From contig DATKWQ010000063.1 in assembly GCA_035529455.1 (NCBI GenBank), forward strand, positions 1,274-65,273: a DNA stretch of 64,000 bases, in the 5' to 3' direction. Every line of letters starts with the position of its first letter. The first letter of the stretch is position 1. Below are positions 34,659 to 45,995 of the stretch, one piece after another. The stretch comes from Thermoplasmata archaeon. Its GTDB lineage: Archaea > Thermoplasmatota > Thermoplasmata > UBA10834. Position numbers and translations under genes: made by a program. Under the pieces are notes generated by a model. The model ran no database searches, was not told the origin of the DNA, and saw only the letters and a program-made list of their open reading frames with translations.

Positions 34659-34934
34659 ATGGAGTTCAAGCTGGTCGAGAAGAAGAAGGACCTCATCAAG
34701 GTAGAGATAGAGGACACTGACGAGACCCTCATATACCCACTTATCCACGAGTTGCTGCAGGACAAGAACGTCAAGGACGCCAGGTATTCCACCGGCCACC
34801 CACAGCTGGACAAGGCGGTCCTGACGGTCGTCGTCAAGGACGGAAAGCCCCAGGCCGCTCTCAAGAAGGCCGCCAAGTCACTGGCGAACCAGTTCCTGGA
34901 GGCCAGGCAGCTTATTGAGAAGCAGCTCGGATAG
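34659..34934 (+). CDS. rpoL: DNA-directed RNA polymerase subunit L (Rpo11)
   Basis: 91 aa. MEFKLVEKKKDLIKVEIEDTDETLIYPLIHELLQDKNVKDARYSTGHPQLDKAVL matches the Rpo11/RpoL pattern. The ORF is open from 34566, but the conserved part starts at this ATG. Confidence 0.8.
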   Translation: MEFKLVEKKKDLIKVEIEDTDETLIYPLIHELLQDKNVKDARYSTGHPQLDKAVLTVVVKDGKPQAALKKAAKSLANQFLEARQLIEKQLG

Positions 34935-34978
34935 GCAGCGCCCGAAAGGTATTACTGCCTGCGGAAGATTCTGCTGAT

Positions 34979-36268
34979 GTGACCATGAACGAGGCCGACC
35001 TCGGACTGGAGTGTTTCTACAGCGACGGCATACAGGGAATCGGGGGCAAGCTCAGAAGGTCGCCCGAGGACTTCGAGGTCGACGAGATCTCCGTGAGACC
35101 TGCGGAAGACGCTGCTGGCAAGTATGTCATCGCAAGGGTCTGGCACAGGAACTGGGAGGCGAACAGGCTCTTCAGGAGACTGGGGAGCAATCTCCACGTG
35201 GGCAGGTCGAGCGTCGGTTTCGCTGGCACCAAGGACGGGAGGTCTGTGGCGACGCAGCTCATGTCCTTCAATGCGCCGATCGAGGCTGTGAAAGGACTGG
35301 AGATACCGGATGTCAAGGTCCTCGATGCCTACACGTCGAACCGGTCCATCTCCATAGGCGACCTGATAGGCAACAGGTTCTCAGTAGTTGTCAATGATGT
35401 CGATGTGGACTTGGACGTGCGTGAGGTGGTGTGCGGAGCCGTTCGGGAGAGGCTCGAAGGTATCGGGGGGTTCCCCAACTACTTCGGGGTGCAGAGATTC
35501 GGGTCGGTAAGACCAATAACACACCTCATAGGGAAAGACCTGTCAAGGGGGGATCCCGAAGGCGCTGTCATGAGGTACATCGCGAACCCTATGGGAAACG
35601 GCTCGGAAGGGGACGATGCCAGGTCCGCTCTGCAGCAGTCGAGGGACTTCGAGAAGGCCATGGCTGAGTTCCCGAGCAGGTTCACATTCGAGAGGGTGAT
35701 GATATCGCACTTGGTGGAGAACCCGGGAGACTACATCGGCGCGCTCAGGAGGCTGCCTAGGAACCTCCTGATGATGTTCGTCCACGCATACCAGTCGTAC
35801 ATGTTCAACAGGATACTAAGTGAGAGGTTGCGTCGCGGGCTGCCCATACGCGAGCCCATCGTCGGCGATCTGGTGCTGCCGCTCACGAAGAGCGGAGTCC
35901 CGGACCACGACCGTACCATCGAGGCCACGAGCGAGAACATCGCTAAGGTGTCCAGGAATGCCAGGGAGGGAAAGGCGTTCGTCAGCGGGTTGCTGTTCGG
36001 CACCCAATCCGAGTTCGCCGATGGTGAGATGGGTGAGATAGAGCGCAAGGCAATCGAGAGCGAGGGGGTTTCCCGCGAGGACTTCCAGGTCGTCGGCCTG
36101 AGGGAGGCGTCTTCCAAGGGGACCCGAAGAGAGCTGCTGGCCACGATGAAAGACCTCGCAATCGAGTTCGATGACCAGGCAGTCACTTTCAGGTTCACGC
36201 TTAACAAGGGATGTTACGCGACATGTCTCCTCAGGGAGTTCATGAAAGCGGATATGTCGAGTTACTGA
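34979..36268 (+). CDS. truD: tRNA pseudouridine synthase D
   Basis: PEDFEVDEI N-terminal block, catalytic FAGTKDGRSVATQ, and NYFGVQRFG. Confidence 0.9.
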   Translation: MTMNEADLGLECFYSDGIQGIGGKLRRSPEDFEVDEISVRPAEDAAGKYVIARVWHRNWEANRLFRRLGSNLHVGRSSVGFAGTKDGRSVATQLMSFNAPIEAVKGLEIPDVKVLDAYTSNRSISIGDLIGNRFSVVVNDVDVDLDVREVVCGAVRERLEGIGGFPNYFGVQRFGSVRPITHLIGKDLSRGDPEGAVMRYIANPMGNGSEGDDARSALQQSRDFEKAMAEFPSRFTFERVMISHLVENPGDYIGALRRLPRNLLMMFVHAYQSYMFNRILSERLRRGLPIREPIVGDLVLPLTKSGVPDHDRTIEATSENIAKVSRNAREGKAFVSGLLFGTQSEFADGEMGEIERKAIESEGVSREDFQVVGLREASSKGTRRELLATMKDLAIEFDDQAVTFRFTLNKGCYATCLLREFMKADMSSY

Positions 36269-36316
36269 AACCTCGCCGGAGAAGATTGGATTAGGCGCAA
36301 AGGTATACGTCCTGTC

Positions 36317-36490
36317 ATGCGTCGTCGGAGAAGTGGGAAGCGCAAAGTCCTTGTCTGTCCCCAATGCGGGTCCGCCGACCTTTACTACGAGGCTGCGCTG
36401 ATCACTGGTTACAAGTATCACTGCAAGAAGTGCAGCTACATCGGAGCGTTTGTCATAGAGAAAGAATTCGACGAAGAAGAGGAATCGTAA
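36317..36490 (+). CDS. 57-aa zinc-ribbon microprotein with acidic tail
   Basis: MRRRRSGKRKVLVCPQCGSADLYY...YHCKKCSYIGAFV...DEEEES. It is below the ORF-track cut-off. Confidence 0.45.
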   Translation: MRRRRSGKRKVLVCPQCGSADLYYEAALITGYKYHCKKCSYIGAFVIEKEFDEEEES

Positions 36491-36525
36491 GGGGTTTGTG
36501 TCCACGCCATATGAGCCACGGCAGA

Positions 36526-37749
36526 TCAGGCGAACATGGGTCCCGATTCCAGAGCCCTCTGGTCACCGTCGTCGAGTACCTTCGATATGGCCCTCTCGAG
36601 GTCGGACATAGCTACTATGTCCCTGTTCTCACGGATGGCGAACATGCCTGCCTCCGTGCAGATAGCCTTGATGTCGGCCCCTGTAGCGCCGTCAGACTTG
36701 CTGGCCAGTTCGTCGATGTTGACCGATTCGTCCAGGTTCATGCGCCTCGAATGAATGCCGAATATCGCCACCCTGGATTCGTAATTGGGTATCGGTATCT
36801 CGATTATCCTGTCGAACCTGCCAGGTCTAAGGAGCGCCTCGTCGAGTATGTCCGGCCTGTTCGTAGCTCCGATGATCTTGACATCGCCCAACGGGTTGAA
36901 ACCATCCAGCTCGGCGAGTATCTGCATAAGCGTGCGCTGGACCTCGCGGTCACCGGATGTGGCCATCTCGAGCCTCTTGGCGCCCACGCTGTCGAGTTCA
37001 TCGATGAACACTATCGAGGGAGCCTTCTGCCGAGCGAGGTCGAACAGTTCCCTGACCAGCCTCGCACCCTCACCGATGTACTTCTGCACCAGCTCCGAAC
37101 CGACGAAACGTATGAAGGTGGCGTTGGTCTGCCTGGCAACGGCCTTCGCAAGGAGGGTCTTGCCTGTACCCGGCGGGCCGACGAGCAACACGCCCTTCGG
37201 CGGGTCTATGCCGACACGCTTGTACAATTCTGGACGTAGTAGGGGGTCCTCGACGGCCTCCCTGATCTCCACGATCTGCTCCTGCAGTCCGCCGATATCT
37301 TCGTAGGCGGTCTCGGGCTTCGCGATTATCTCAGCCCCTACGACTATCGGGTCCAGCGATGGAGGTAACACGCCCATCACCGCCAGCGTCTGCTTGTTCA
37401 AAGCGACGCGCGCGCCCACCTCCAGAAGTTCTAGTGACACGTAATCCGACGTGTTCACCACGAAGTCAGGACCGGTCGAACTCTTGACGACGACTCGGCC
37501 GTCCGCAAGGACATCTTTGATCTGACCTATGATCAGCGGAGGAGCCTTCAATCGCTCCATCTCTGCCTTCAGGCGCTTCAGCTCCTTCTGAAGCCGTATC
37601 AGTTCCCCCTCGATGAACCTCTTCTCGCCCTCCACCCGTCGTGTCTCCTCGACGAGTTCGAGGTTGCGTTCTTCGAGAACCGATAAGCGCCTCTGTATCT
37701 CCTCGTAAAGCTCCGAGGGTTGTTCTGTTTCCACCTTTGTGCACCCCAT
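36526..37749 (-). CDS. pan: proteasome-activating nucleotidase (AAA+ ATPase)
   Basis: N-terminal coiled coil, OB region, Walker [16 protein letters not shown], Walker B IVFIDELD, and second region of homology. Confidence 0.95.
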   Translation of the reverse strand: MGCTKVETEQPSELYEEIQRRLSVLEERNLELVEETRRVEGEKRFIEGELIRLQKELKRLKAEMERLKAPPLIIGQIKDVLADGRVVVKSSTGPDFVVNTSDYVSLELLEVGARVALNKQTLAVMGVLPPSLDPIVVGAEIIAKPETAYEDIGGLQEQIVEIREAVEDPLLRPELYKRVGIDPPKGVLLVGPPGTGKTLLAKAVARQTNATFIRFVGSELVQKYIGEGARLVRELFDLARQKAPSIVFIDELDSVGAKRLEMATSGDREVQRTLMQILAELDGFNPLGDVKIIGATNRPDILDEALLRPGRFDRIIEIPIPNYESRVAIFGIHSRRMNLDESVNIDELASKSDGATGADIKAICTEAGMFAIRENRDIVAMSDLERAISKVLDDGDQRALESGPMFA

Positions 37750-37844
37750 GCTTCGGTTTATTTTCTCCGCGTCCAGATTGATAATGATATAAGGTTAAAT
37801 ACTCTATTTATCCTTTGCTGACTTTGTTCAGAAGTGTGGTTTTT

Positions 37845-38342
37845 ATGGTCTGCGAGATGTGCGGTAAAGAGGTCACCTTCTGCAAGAAGGTGGTTATTGA
37901 AGGCGTCCTTCTTGAAGTTTGCACCGAATGCGCAAAATTCGGCACTGAGGGAGAAAAGGGGCAGACAGCGAGCGCAGGCCCCAAACCGATCATCGAGCAG
38001 AGGCTCGAGCGACGGGAGAAGAGGTTCACGCCCAAGGATGTCTATTCCGAGGGCGACACCGAGGAACTCGTCGAAGATTACGCGGCCCGCGTGAGGAATG
38101 CGAGGGCAAGTATTGGGATGACTCAGAAGGACCTTGCGATGAAGCTTAACGAGAAACAGACCATCATCAGCAAGGTGGAGTCCGGCGCCATTAGGCCGGA
38201 CGAGAAATTGATCAAGAAGCTGCAGAAGGAGTTGGGTATCGTGCTCAAGGAGAGGACGCCAGGCGAGGTAACGGCTCGTGCCACATCATCGGCGCCTGGA
38301 ACTCTGACACTGGCAGACTTGATCAAGACGAAGCAAAACTGA
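37845..38342 (+). CDS. mbf1: archaeal multiprotein-bridging factor 1 (zinc ribbon + HTH)
   Basis: CEMCGKEV...CTECAKFG zinc ribbon. Cro/C1-type HTH MTQKDLAMKLNEKQTIISKVESG. An AT-rich promoter region lies at 37780-37812. Confidence 0.85.
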   Translation: MVCEMCGKEVTFCKKVVIEGVLLEVCTECAKFGTEGEKGQTASAGPKPIIEQRLERREKRFTPKDVYSEGDTEELVEDYAARVRNARASIGMTQKDLAMKLNEKQTIISKVESGAIRPDEKLIKKLQKELGIVLKERTPGEVTARATSSAPGTLTLADLIKTKQN

Positions 38343-38356
38343 CCAGCTGACAGTCT

Positions 38357-38848
38357 TCAGCCGCCGTGGAATTCCCTGCTCAGCACCTCGGTCGCCGCCC
38401 TGTCGATGTAGGCGCCGTCGACATCGATGCCATAATCACAGGCTACCAGCAGTGCAGCGGGCTCGACATCGATGCCAAGCATCTCCTGCTTCTTGTTGAC
38501 CCTGGAGACGACCTCTCGCTTCGAGACCGACTTCGACCTGGAGATCGTGTCGATGATCTCCGAGAACAGATCCCTCTGAGGCTTGTTGCGGGTCTCTTTG
38601 AGCATCTCAGCGGATGGCTTGTAGTCGATGGGCACCTCGAACTCGCCGAAGTCGAATGTTGGCAGGAGATTGCCTTCGATCTTCCTCAGATATCCGCCTG
38701 CGATGCCCGCATCCATAAGCTTCTGCGCATCCTTAGGGGAGAACCATCTGAGATCCATCGATGCCGAGAACACGAATTCCCTTTCGGTCAGTGTCTCTTT
38801 CCCCTTTCTCCTGTAAAGCACCGCGATGCTCCTCTGTAGGTCACTCAT
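38357..38848 (-). CDS. conserved archaeal hypothetical protein (DUF2240-like)
   Basis: MSDLQRSIAVLYRRKGKETLTEREFVFSASMDLRWFSPKDAQKLMD. The start overlaps the upstream gene stop by 8 nt. Confidence 0.5.
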   Translation of the reverse strand: MSDLQRSIAVLYRRKGKETLTEREFVFSASMDLRWFSPKDAQKLMDAGIAGGYLRKIEGNLLPTFDFGEFEVPIDYKPSAEMLKETRNKPQRDLFSEIIDTISRSKSVSKREVVSRVNKKQEMLGIDVEPAALLVACDYGIDVDGAYIDRAATEVLSREFHGG

Positions 38849-39446
38849 CTTGTACCAGGCTCCCGTGATCTTCCGACACGATGTAGTCGACCCCGAGCGG
38901 TTCCAGACTCGTCTGCTCAGACGCCGGCGCAATCACACCGAGCGTGAACCCGAGTCGCGACTTAGCCGATGACGCCTCCTCCGCAAGTGCTCTGGGAACG
39001 ACAATCTCATCGATGCCGATCTCAACGACATCCCGTAACAGGTCAGAGATGGCCCTGCCCGCTACTGCGGGGTCAGAACTCACTATCCCATCCCGGAAGT
39101 CTACTTTGAAGGTAATGTTCTCGGACAACTTAAATGCTCCTCCGAGCTCGGACAAGTCGACCAAAGTCCCCGTCCCAATTACAGCTTTCTCAGCACCAGT
39201 TATCAGCATGTCAATGACGTTGGTCGAGAATCGGACGCCGCCCTCGTATAGAGTGGGCATCTCGTCACAGACGCGCTGCACCAGGTCGAGCTGCGGCTTG
39301 TTCTTGAATATCCCGTCATGGTCGGCTATGTAAACACGGTCGTAGCGCTTGGACAAATCGGATATCAAGGTGGATATCTCTCGTTTCCGAATCCCATGCT
39401 GGAACGGAATCCACGGATCGAGGACCACATAGGGAACGATTTTCAT
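38841..39446 (-). CDS. HisA/HisF-related TIM-barrel family protein
   Basis: Pattern VYIADHDGI...GGVRFSTNVIDMLITGAEKAVIGTGTL resembles the HisA/HisF phosphate-binding barrel. Confidence 0.5.
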   Translation of the reverse strand: MKIVPYVVLDPWIPFQHGIRKREISTLISDLSKRYDRVYIADHDGIFKNKPQLDLVQRVCDEMPTLYEGGVRFSTNVIDMLITGAEKAVIGTGTLVDLSELGGAFKLSENITFKVDFRDGIVSSDPAVAGRAISDLLRDVVEIGIDEIVVPRALAEEASSAKSRLGFTLGVIAPASEQTSLEPLGVDYIVSEDHGSLVQDE

Positions 39447-39697
39447 GTCAGTGTTGGCGCAAAGCGATACCTCATATAAAAATCGTGGTCACATGCTCGG
39501 ATCCCTTGGTCCACGGTTCGTTCCGAGCATATCTGGAATGTCCCAGAGTCCGATGTCCTAGACGAATGATTGTCATCGAAGAGGGAGCACCCCATGCATA
39601 ACGATTATATAGAAGTTCTGGCATATACAAGCATAGGACCTCGGGGAGGACACCGTCTGGAACCGGGTTCGCATAACGGTTGGAATGGAGGCATGAC

Positions 39698-41332
39698 ATG
39701 ATAGGTCAGACACCGATTTTCATACTGAAAGAAGGAACGAAGAGAGAGAAAGGTAAAGGCGCGCAGTTCAACAACATATCAGCAGCGAGGGCAATCGCTG
39801 ATTCCGTTCGGAGCACCCTCGGACCGAGGGGCATGGACAAAATGCTGGTCGACAGCATGGGAGACGTTGTGATAACGAACGATGGCGTGACCATCTTGAA
39901 GGAGATCGACGTCGAGCACCCAGCTGCCAAGATGCTGGTCGAGGTTGCCAAGACCCAAGACGACGAATGCGGCGATGGCACGACTACCGCAGTCATACTC
40001 GCTGGTGAGCTGCTGAAGAAGGCCGAGGCGCTCATCGAGATGAACGTCCACCCGACCGTAATATCTGGTGGCTATAGAATGGCGGCCCAGAAGGCGCGCG
40101 AGTTGCTAGAGGGACTCGCCATAACAGTCACACCTGACAAGAAGGACGTCCTGACGGACATCGCGAAGACAGCGATGATATCCAAGAGCGTGTCCGCATC
40201 CAGGGATCTACTGGCCAAGGTCGCCGTGGGCGCCGTGAGCGCAGTCGCCGAGAAGACCGACAGTGGATCATGGGTCGTGGACGACGACAACATCCAAGTC
40301 GTCAAGAAGCAGGGCGGTTCGATGGATGACACTCAGATGATTTCAGGCATAATCATCGACAAGGAAGCCGTCCACACGGGCATGCCGAAGAGAGTCGAGA
40401 AGGGGAAGATCGCCCTCATCGATTCCGCCATGGAGGTCAAGAAGACCGAGATCGACGCGAAGATCGAGATAACTGATCCAAGCCAGTTGCACGCTTTCCT
40501 CGATGAAGAGGAGAACATGCTCAGGAAGATGGTCGATGTCGTCAAGAAATCCGGGGCGAACGTGCTGTTCTGCCAGAAGGGCATCGACGACCTTGCGCAG
40601 CACTATCTGGCCAAGGCCGGTATATACGCCGTAAGAAGGGTCAAGAAGAGCGACATGGAAAAACTCTCCAAGGCAACCGGTGCGAACCTCGTCACGAAAC
40701 TGGACGACCTCAGAGCCGCAGACCTAGGGACGGCGAACCTCGTCGAGGAACAGAAGATCGCCGATGACAAGATGACCTTCGTAACGGGCTGCAAGAACCC
40801 CAAGGCGGTATCAATACTGATCAGGGGCGGCACCGAGCATGTGATCGACGAGATAGACCGGTCGCTGAATGACGCTATCAGCGTTGTGTCTGTGGCGGTC
40901 GAGGACGGCAAGCTCGTGACCGGCGGAGGCTCGACGGCGACAGAGCTCGCACTCAGGCTGAGAGACTATGCGGCATCGATAGGCGGAAGGGAGCAAATCG
41001 CGATCGACGCTTTCGCGAGCGCCCTCGAAGTAGTTCCCACTGCCCTGGCGGAGAACGCAGGCCTCGACCCGATCGACATACTCATCGAGCTAAGGAAGGC
41101 CCACAAGGCCGGCAAGAAGAATGCCGGAGTGAACGTATTCACTGGCAAGATAACCGACATGAGGAAGGAGAAGGTCTTGGAACCGCTCCGGGTCGGCAAG
41201 CAGGGCATCAGCTCTGCCACAGACGCCGCCGTCATGATCCTCAGGATCGATGATGTGATCGCCTCCAAGGGAGGCGCGGGCGGCAAGGGCGGACCCCAGA
41301 TGCCGGACATGGGCGATGGCGGGTTCGATTAG
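39698..41332 (+). CDS. ths: thermosome subunit (group II chaperonin)
   Basis: [47 protein letters not shown], and a Gly-rich C-terminus [20 protein letters not shown]. Confidence 0.95.
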   Translation: MIGQTPIFILKEGTKREKGKGAQFNNISAARAIADSVRSTLGPRGMDKMLVDSMGDVVITNDGVTILKEIDVEHPAAKMLVEVAKTQDDECGDGTTTAVILAGELLKKAEALIEMNVHPTVISGGYRMAAQKARELLEGLAITVTPDKKDVLTDIAKTAMISKSVSASRDLLAKVAVGAVSAVAEKTDSGSWVVDDDNIQVVKKQGGSMDDTQMISGIIIDKEAVHTGMPKRVEKGKIALIDSAMEVKKTEIDAKIEITDPSQLHAFLDEEENMLRKMVDVVKKSGANVLFCQKGIDDLAQHYLAKAGIYAVRRVKKSDMEKLSKATGANLVTKLDDLRAADLGTANLVEEQKIADDKMTFVTGCKNPKAVSILIRGGTEHVIDEIDRSLNDAISVVSVAVEDGKLVTGGGSTATELALRLRDYAASIGGREQIAIDAFASALEVVPTALAENAGLDPIDILIELRKAHKAGKKNAGVNVFTGKITDMRKEKVLEPLRVGKQGISSATDAAVMILRIDDVIASKGGAGGKGGPQMPDMGDGGFD

Positions 41333-41428
41333 ACGGGACCTGTCCAGCCAAACCCTTTATTTCCTTTCAAATATGATACACGCTGACTCGAGCGCGATGT
41401 GTGGTGCCCGGGCTGGAGGTGAGAGCTA

Positions 41429-42037
41429 ATGCCTGACAAGACAGAGGATTCCCTACCCTCAAAAGGGGCGGAGCAGACGCTCAACGACGAAGCGAACGAA
41501 TACGATGAACGAGCGGCGCCCGCTGCCACGAACAAGAGGATCGAGGAATTGACAGACCTCGTGAAGAGGACTCAGGCTGAGTTCGAGAATTACAAGAAAC
41601 GCGTCGAGCGCGAGTGGACCGAGAGGTCCAGACTCGCCGCTGAGCGCGTCATCGTTGACCTTCTGGCAATCCTCGATACCCTTGACACGGCCATCGAGAG
41701 CACACACAACAACGCTAAGGGACAGGCGACAGGGCTGGAAGGCATCCGGAAGCAGCTGATGCAAGTCCTCCAACGCTCCGGGATGAAGGAGATAGACACC
41801 GAGGGACCGTTCGACCCCTTCCTGCACGAGGCATTGATGCGGGAGGAGACGACAGATGAGGAGGATGGACAGATCCTGGAAGTCTTCCAGAAGGGCTACA
41901 TGCTAGGCCCAAAAGTAATACGAGCTGCGAGAGTAAAGGTGTCTGTGGGCGCGTCGAACAACGCGACAGACGTCTCTTGTGGAGGCTCGAAAGGCAATGA
42001 GACTGGCAATATTGATGACGATTATGAAGGAGATTAA
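41429..42037 (+). CDS. grpE: nucleotide exchange factor GrpE
   Basis: [17 protein letters not shown] coiled-coil region and C-terminal beta domain ([11 protein letters not shown]...[16 protein letters not shown]). Confidence 0.9.
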   Translation: MPDKTEDSLPSKGAEQTLNDEANEYDERAAPAATNKRIEELTDLVKRTQAEFENYKKRVEREWTERSRLAAERVIVDLLAILDTLDTAIESTHNNAKGQATGLEGIRKQLMQVLQRSGMKEIDTEGPFDPFLHEALMREETTDEEDGQILEVFQKGYMLGPKVIRAARVKVSVGASNNATDVSCGGSKGNETGNIDDDYEGD

Positions 42038-42063
42038 CAACAACAAGAGGAGTGAGGCTACAT

Positions 42064-43947
42064 ATGGCAGAGTCTAGCGAGAAGATAATAGGCATCGATC
42101 TGGGCACGAGCAACTCTGCTGCTGCCACGATCGAAGGCGGGAGAGCTGTGATAATACCAAGCGCGGAAGGGACGAGCCTGGGCGGCAAAGCGTTCCCTTC
42201 GTACGTCGCATTCACCAAGGACGGACAGATGCTCGTCGGCGAGCCTGCGAGAAGGCAGGCGGTCTCGAACCCCGAGAACACCATCTTCGCGATAAAGCGC
42301 AAGATGGGGACGGATTACAGGGTGAAGATCAAGGACAAGGAGTACACCCCTCAGCAGATCTCTGCTTTCATACTGCAGAAGATCAAGCGGGACGCCGAGA
42401 TCCATCTTGGAGCGCCAGTTAAGAAAGTAGTGATCACGGTCCCTGCATACTTCAACGACAATCAGAGACAGGCGACGAAGGATGCGGGCACGATCGCAGG
42501 GTTGGAGGTCGTGAGGATAATCAACGAGCCCACGGCCGCTGCGCTGGCATATGGCCTTGACAAATCCGAGAAGGAACAGAAGATCATGGTCTTCGACCTC
42601 GGCGGCGGGACTCTCGATGTGACGATCATGGAATTCGGTGACGGAGTCTTCGAGGTCGTGTCGACGAACGGGGACACACAGCTCGGCGGGACGGATATGG
42701 ACGACTCCATGGTGCAGTTCATTGCGAAGGAATTCAACTCGGAGCACGGGATCGACGTCACCAAGGACAGGATGGCTGTGCAGCGGATCAGGGAGGCTGC
42801 GGAGAAGGCGAAGATAGAACTGTCGTCCACGATGGAGACCGAGATCAATCTGCCGTACCTGACCGCGGACGCCTCTGGCCCGAGACATCTCGCCATGAAG
42901 CTCTCGAGGGCGAAGCTCGAGGACCTCGTGAAACCGACGGTGGAACGATGCAGAGGCCCCGTGAAGCAGGCTCTGGATGACGCGAAGCTCAGCCCCGAGC
43001 AGATAGACAAGGTCATACTCGTCGGAGGACCGACGCGAATGCCGATAGTGCAGAGATTCGTGGAGGAGGTCGTCGGCAAGAAGATAGAGCGCGGGGTGGA
43101 CCCGATGGAATGCGTGGCCATGGGGGCTGCCATTCAGGGAGGAGTCATCGAAGGAACCGTGAAGGACATACTGCTACTCGATGTCACCCCACTCTCTTTG
43201 GGAGTGGAGACGCTCGGAGGAGTGTTCCACAAACTGATCGAAAGGAACACGACTATCCCGACGCGTAAGAGCGAGGTGTTCTCGACGGCGGCTGACGGAC
43301 AGACGAGTGTCGAGATCCATGTTCAGCAGGGAGAGAGGCCGATGTCAGTCGACAATGTAAGCCTCGGCAGGTTCCACCTCATGGGCATACCGCCAGCGCC
43401 AAGAGGCGTGCCACAGGTCGAAGTGACCTTCGACATAGACGCCAACGGCATAATCGACGTCAAGGCGAAGGACCTCGGAACTGGCAAGGAACAGAAGATA
43501 ACCATAACTGCGACAACGAAGCTGGGAGACAGCGATATCGAGCGCATGGTCAAAGACGCCGAGACCTATGCCGACGAGGACCTGAAGCGCAAGGAAGAGG
43601 TCGATACGAAGAACAAGGCTGAGGCGAAGGTTTACGAGGTCGGCCATCTCCTTGAGGAGATGGGGGACAAGATACCTTCGGAGCTCAAAGAGAAAGTGAT
43701 GGCTCTCACGGAAGAGCTGAAGACGGTGCTGTCGTCTGGCGACATAGCGGCGATCAAGCAAAAATCGGATGAACTCGACAAGGTCCTGCTCGAGGTGGGC
43801 AAGAAGGTCTACGAGGCATCAGCGGCGAGCCAGGCTCAACAGGCCCCTCCGCCTTCCGATGACGGGGCGAGCCAGCCATCGGACTCTGACAAGGGATACG
43901 TCGACGCCGAGTACAAGATCATGGACGACGAGGAAGGCGAGAAGTAG
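42064..43947 (+). CDS. dnaK: Hsp70 chaperone DnaK
   Basis: [23 protein letters not shown] and [10 protein letters not shown], with an acidic C-terminus. The ORF is open from GTG 42052. Confidence 0.95.
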   Translation: MAESSEKIIGIDLGTSNSAAATIEGGRAVIIPSAEGTSLGGKAFPSYVAFTKDGQMLVGEPARRQAVSNPENTIFAIKRKMGTDYRVKIKDKEYTPQQISAFILQKIKRDAEIHLGAPVKKVVITVPAYFNDNQRQATKDAGTIAGLEVVRIINEPTAAALAYGLDKSEKEQKIMVFDLGGGTLDVTIMEFGDGVFEVVSTNGDTQLGGTDMDDSMVQFIAKEFNSEHGIDVTKDRMAVQRIREAAEKAKIELSSTMETEINLPYLTADASGPRHLAMKLSRAKLEDLVKPTVERCRGPVKQALDDAKLSPEQIDKVILVGGPTRMPIVQRFVEEVVGKKIERGVDPMECVAMGAAIQGGVIEGTVKDILLLDVTPLSLGVETLGGVFHKLIERNTTIPTRKSEVFSTAADGQTSVEIHVQQGERPMSVDNVSLGRFHLMGIPPAPRGVPQVEVTFDIDANGIIDVKAKDLGTGKEQKITITATTKLGDSDIERMVKDAETYADEDLKRKEEVDTKNKAEAKVYEVGHLLEEMGDKIPSELKEKVMALTEELKTVLSSGDIAAIKQKSDELDKVLLEVGKKVYEASAASQAQQAPPPSDDGASQPSDSDKGYVDAEYKIMDDEEGEK

Positions 43948-44041
43948 ACATTCTAATACCAAAACCTCTTTCATCATCTTCCTGTCTTTCCTGGACTGAA
44001 GTCAGCAGCCTTTGCTGGCAATCGAACCATGAGGTCATTAG

Positions 44042-45199
44042 ATGCCTTCGAAGCGAGATTACTACGAGACCCTCGGCCTTTCAAAGGGTGCCAGCGCCGA
44101 GGATATCAAGAAAGCGTACAGAAAGCTCGCGATGAAGTACCATCCGGATAAGAACAAGGACAAGCCCAAAGAGGCCGAGGAGAAGTTCAAAGACCTTTCT
44201 GAGGCATACGAAGTGCTCGCAGACCAGGAGAAGCGCACGCGTTATGACCAGTACGGCCACGCTGGCGTCGAAAGCACCTTCAGACAGGGAGGGTTCGATT
44301 GGTCCGACTTCACGCACTTCGAGGACATAAGCGACATATTCGGTGGATTCTCAGGTTCCGGTTTCGGCGGGAGCATATTCGACCAGTTCTTCGGTGGAAG
44401 ACAGAGGTCTGGGCCACAAGAGGGCCATTCTCTTCGATATGACATAGAGATATCGCTTGAGGAGGTCGCCAAAGGCATCGAGAAGGAGCTGAATATCCCA
44501 CACAGTGTTCAATGCAAGACCTGCAAAGGCCAGGGAGCGAAAGCCGAGGACATCAGGGCCTGTCCGACGTGCAAGGGAGCCGGGCAGGTGCAAAGAGGGC
44601 AGAAGAGAGGGAACACCAGCTTCGTCTCGATATCCCATTGCCCGACTTGCAGGGGCGCGGGAAGGCAGATCGTCAAACCGTGCACTACCTGTGGAGGCGC
44701 TGGCCACACGAAGGTCACCAGCAAGATAAAAGTCTCCGTTCCCAAAGGCGCGGAGGAAGGTATGAGACTCAGGATACGGGGCGCCGGAGAGGCGAGCGCG
44801 AACGGCGGACCACCTGGAGACTTGTACATAGTCATTCACATCGCACCCCATGATGTATTCGACCGAGACGGCAGAAACCTGTACATCGAGGTGCCAATCT
44901 CATTCGGAGAGGCCGCGCTGGGAGCCGAGATAGAGGTGCCTACGCTCAATGGGGCGGCTCTCGTCAAGATACCGCAGGGGACGCAGACGGGTACGGTCTT
45001 CCGGCTTAAGGGCAAGGGCATGCCCGACCTTAGAGGGTATGGCGACGGGGACGAATTCGTCGCCGTCCAGCTGGTCACGCCTACTAAGCTGACCTCGGAG
45101 CAGAAGGGACTCATACGCGAGTTCACCGATTCCGTTGGCAAATACGGCAAGACTGACCGGAAGAGGACCCGTTTTGGCGGATTCAAACGGAAGGGCTGA
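44042..45199 (+). CDS. dnaJ: co-chaperone DnaJ
   Basis: J-domain with HPD (KYHPDKN), a Gly/Phe-rich linker, and four CxxCxGxG zinc motifs. Confidence 0.95.
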   Translation: MPSKRDYYETLGLSKGASAEDIKKAYRKLAMKYHPDKNKDKPKEAEEKFKDLSEAYEVLADQEKRTRYDQYGHAGVESTFRQGGFDWSDFTHFEDISDIFGGFSGSGFGGSIFDQFFGGRQRSGPQEGHSLRYDIEISLEEVAKGIEKELNIPHSVQCKTCKGQGAKAEDIRACPTCKGAGQVQRGQKRGNTSFVSISHCPTCRGAGRQIVKPCTTCGGAGHTKVTSKIKVSVPKGAEEGMRLRIRGAGEASANGGPPGDLYIVIHIAPHDVFDRDGRNLYIEVPISFGEAALGAEIEVPTLNGAALVKIPQGTQTGTVFRLKGKGMPDLRGYGDGDEFVAVQLVTPTKLTSEQKGLIREFTDSVGKYGKTDRKRTRFGGFKRKG

Positions 45200-45207
45200 A
45201 TGCAGAG

Positions 45208-45215
45208 AATTTATC
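45208..45215 (+). promoter_or_regulatory. TATA-like box about 26 nt upstream of the ATG at 45237
   Basis: The sequence aatttatc. Its spacing implies a leaderless transcript and supports the 45237 start. Confidence 0.35.
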
Positions 45216-45236
45216 TCGCATGATACGAATTGCCAC

Positions 45237-45995
45237 ATGATGAAAGCTGTCGGCGTTATGACGGAGAACCCGAGCACATACTATGAGATGCTGACAGCTC
45301 TTCGCGAGGAAGGGTTGCAGCCAGTCTCGCTGTGTTTCTTCGAACCTCTCCCCGCGAACATATCCGTCGTAGTGACATCGGAAGAGGAGAGGCATCTGGT
45401 GCCGTTCGACAACGTGTTAACCGACGCAGACCCCGAAGTCGTGGTCACCAAAGTCAAGAGCTTCTTGGCCGGCGAAAGAGTCATCTCCGACCTATTGATA
45501 GGCATAGACCCTGGTCACAGGCCTGGAATCGCCATCCTCTCGAACGGCCTGGTCCTGACGCGGACGCTGGCACCAACCCCGGAGGATGTCGGGACCATAG
45601 TCGAACAGCTCATTAGCAGATACAATCCGTCGCGCGTAACAATAAGGCTGGGCAATGGTGACCGCACAAACCGGAACAGGATATTCAACGCATTGTGGGA
45701 CTTGGGATATGTGGGCGAATTCGTCGATGAGAGCAACACGACAAAGCGGTCAAAGACGCCTGATGAGGACGCAGCTGTCGAGATAGCGCTCACCCCCCCG
45801 GGACACCTGCCTCGGAAGAGGCAGAACATAGCACCTGGACCAGGAGAGATACGTAACACTCAGAGGCTTAGCCGCGTCCAAAGTGAAGGGCAATTGACCG
45901 TGTCAAAGGAGCTAGCGATTATGGTCGCAGTAGGGGAGATATCGATGGACCAGGCCATACAAATGCAGCGAAACGTCAGACAGAACAAGCGCTAG
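45237..45995 (+). CDS. conserved hypothetical protein with RuvC/YqgF-like RNase H-fold signature
   Basis: LLIGIDPGHRPGIAIL (first acidic motif of RNase H-fold nucleases) and a later DEDAAVEIAL. The ORF is open from 45135, inside dnaJ. Confidence 0.45.
   Translation: MMKAVGVMTENPSTYYEMLTALREEGLQPVSLCFFEPLPANISVVVTSEEERHLVPFDNVLTDADPEVVVTKVKSFLAGERVISDLLIGIDPGHRPGIAILSNGLVLTRTLAPTPEDVGTIVEQLISRYNPSRVTIRLGNGDRTNRNRIFNALWDLGYVGEFVDESNTTKRSKTPDEDAAVEIALTPPGHLPRKRQNIAPGPGEIRNTQRLSRVQSEGQLTVSKELAIMVAVGEISMDQAIQMQRNVRQNKR

Noticed and set aside
35816-37239. ORFs 35816-36505 (-) and 36364-37239 (+), of 229 and 291 aa
   Set aside because: They are antisense to truD and to pan respectively, and both sense genes have diagnostic motifs. 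No domains are recognisable in the antisense frames.
42058-43133. ORFs of 276 and 223 aa on the minus strand
   Set aside because: They are antisense to dnaK. These are shadow frames.
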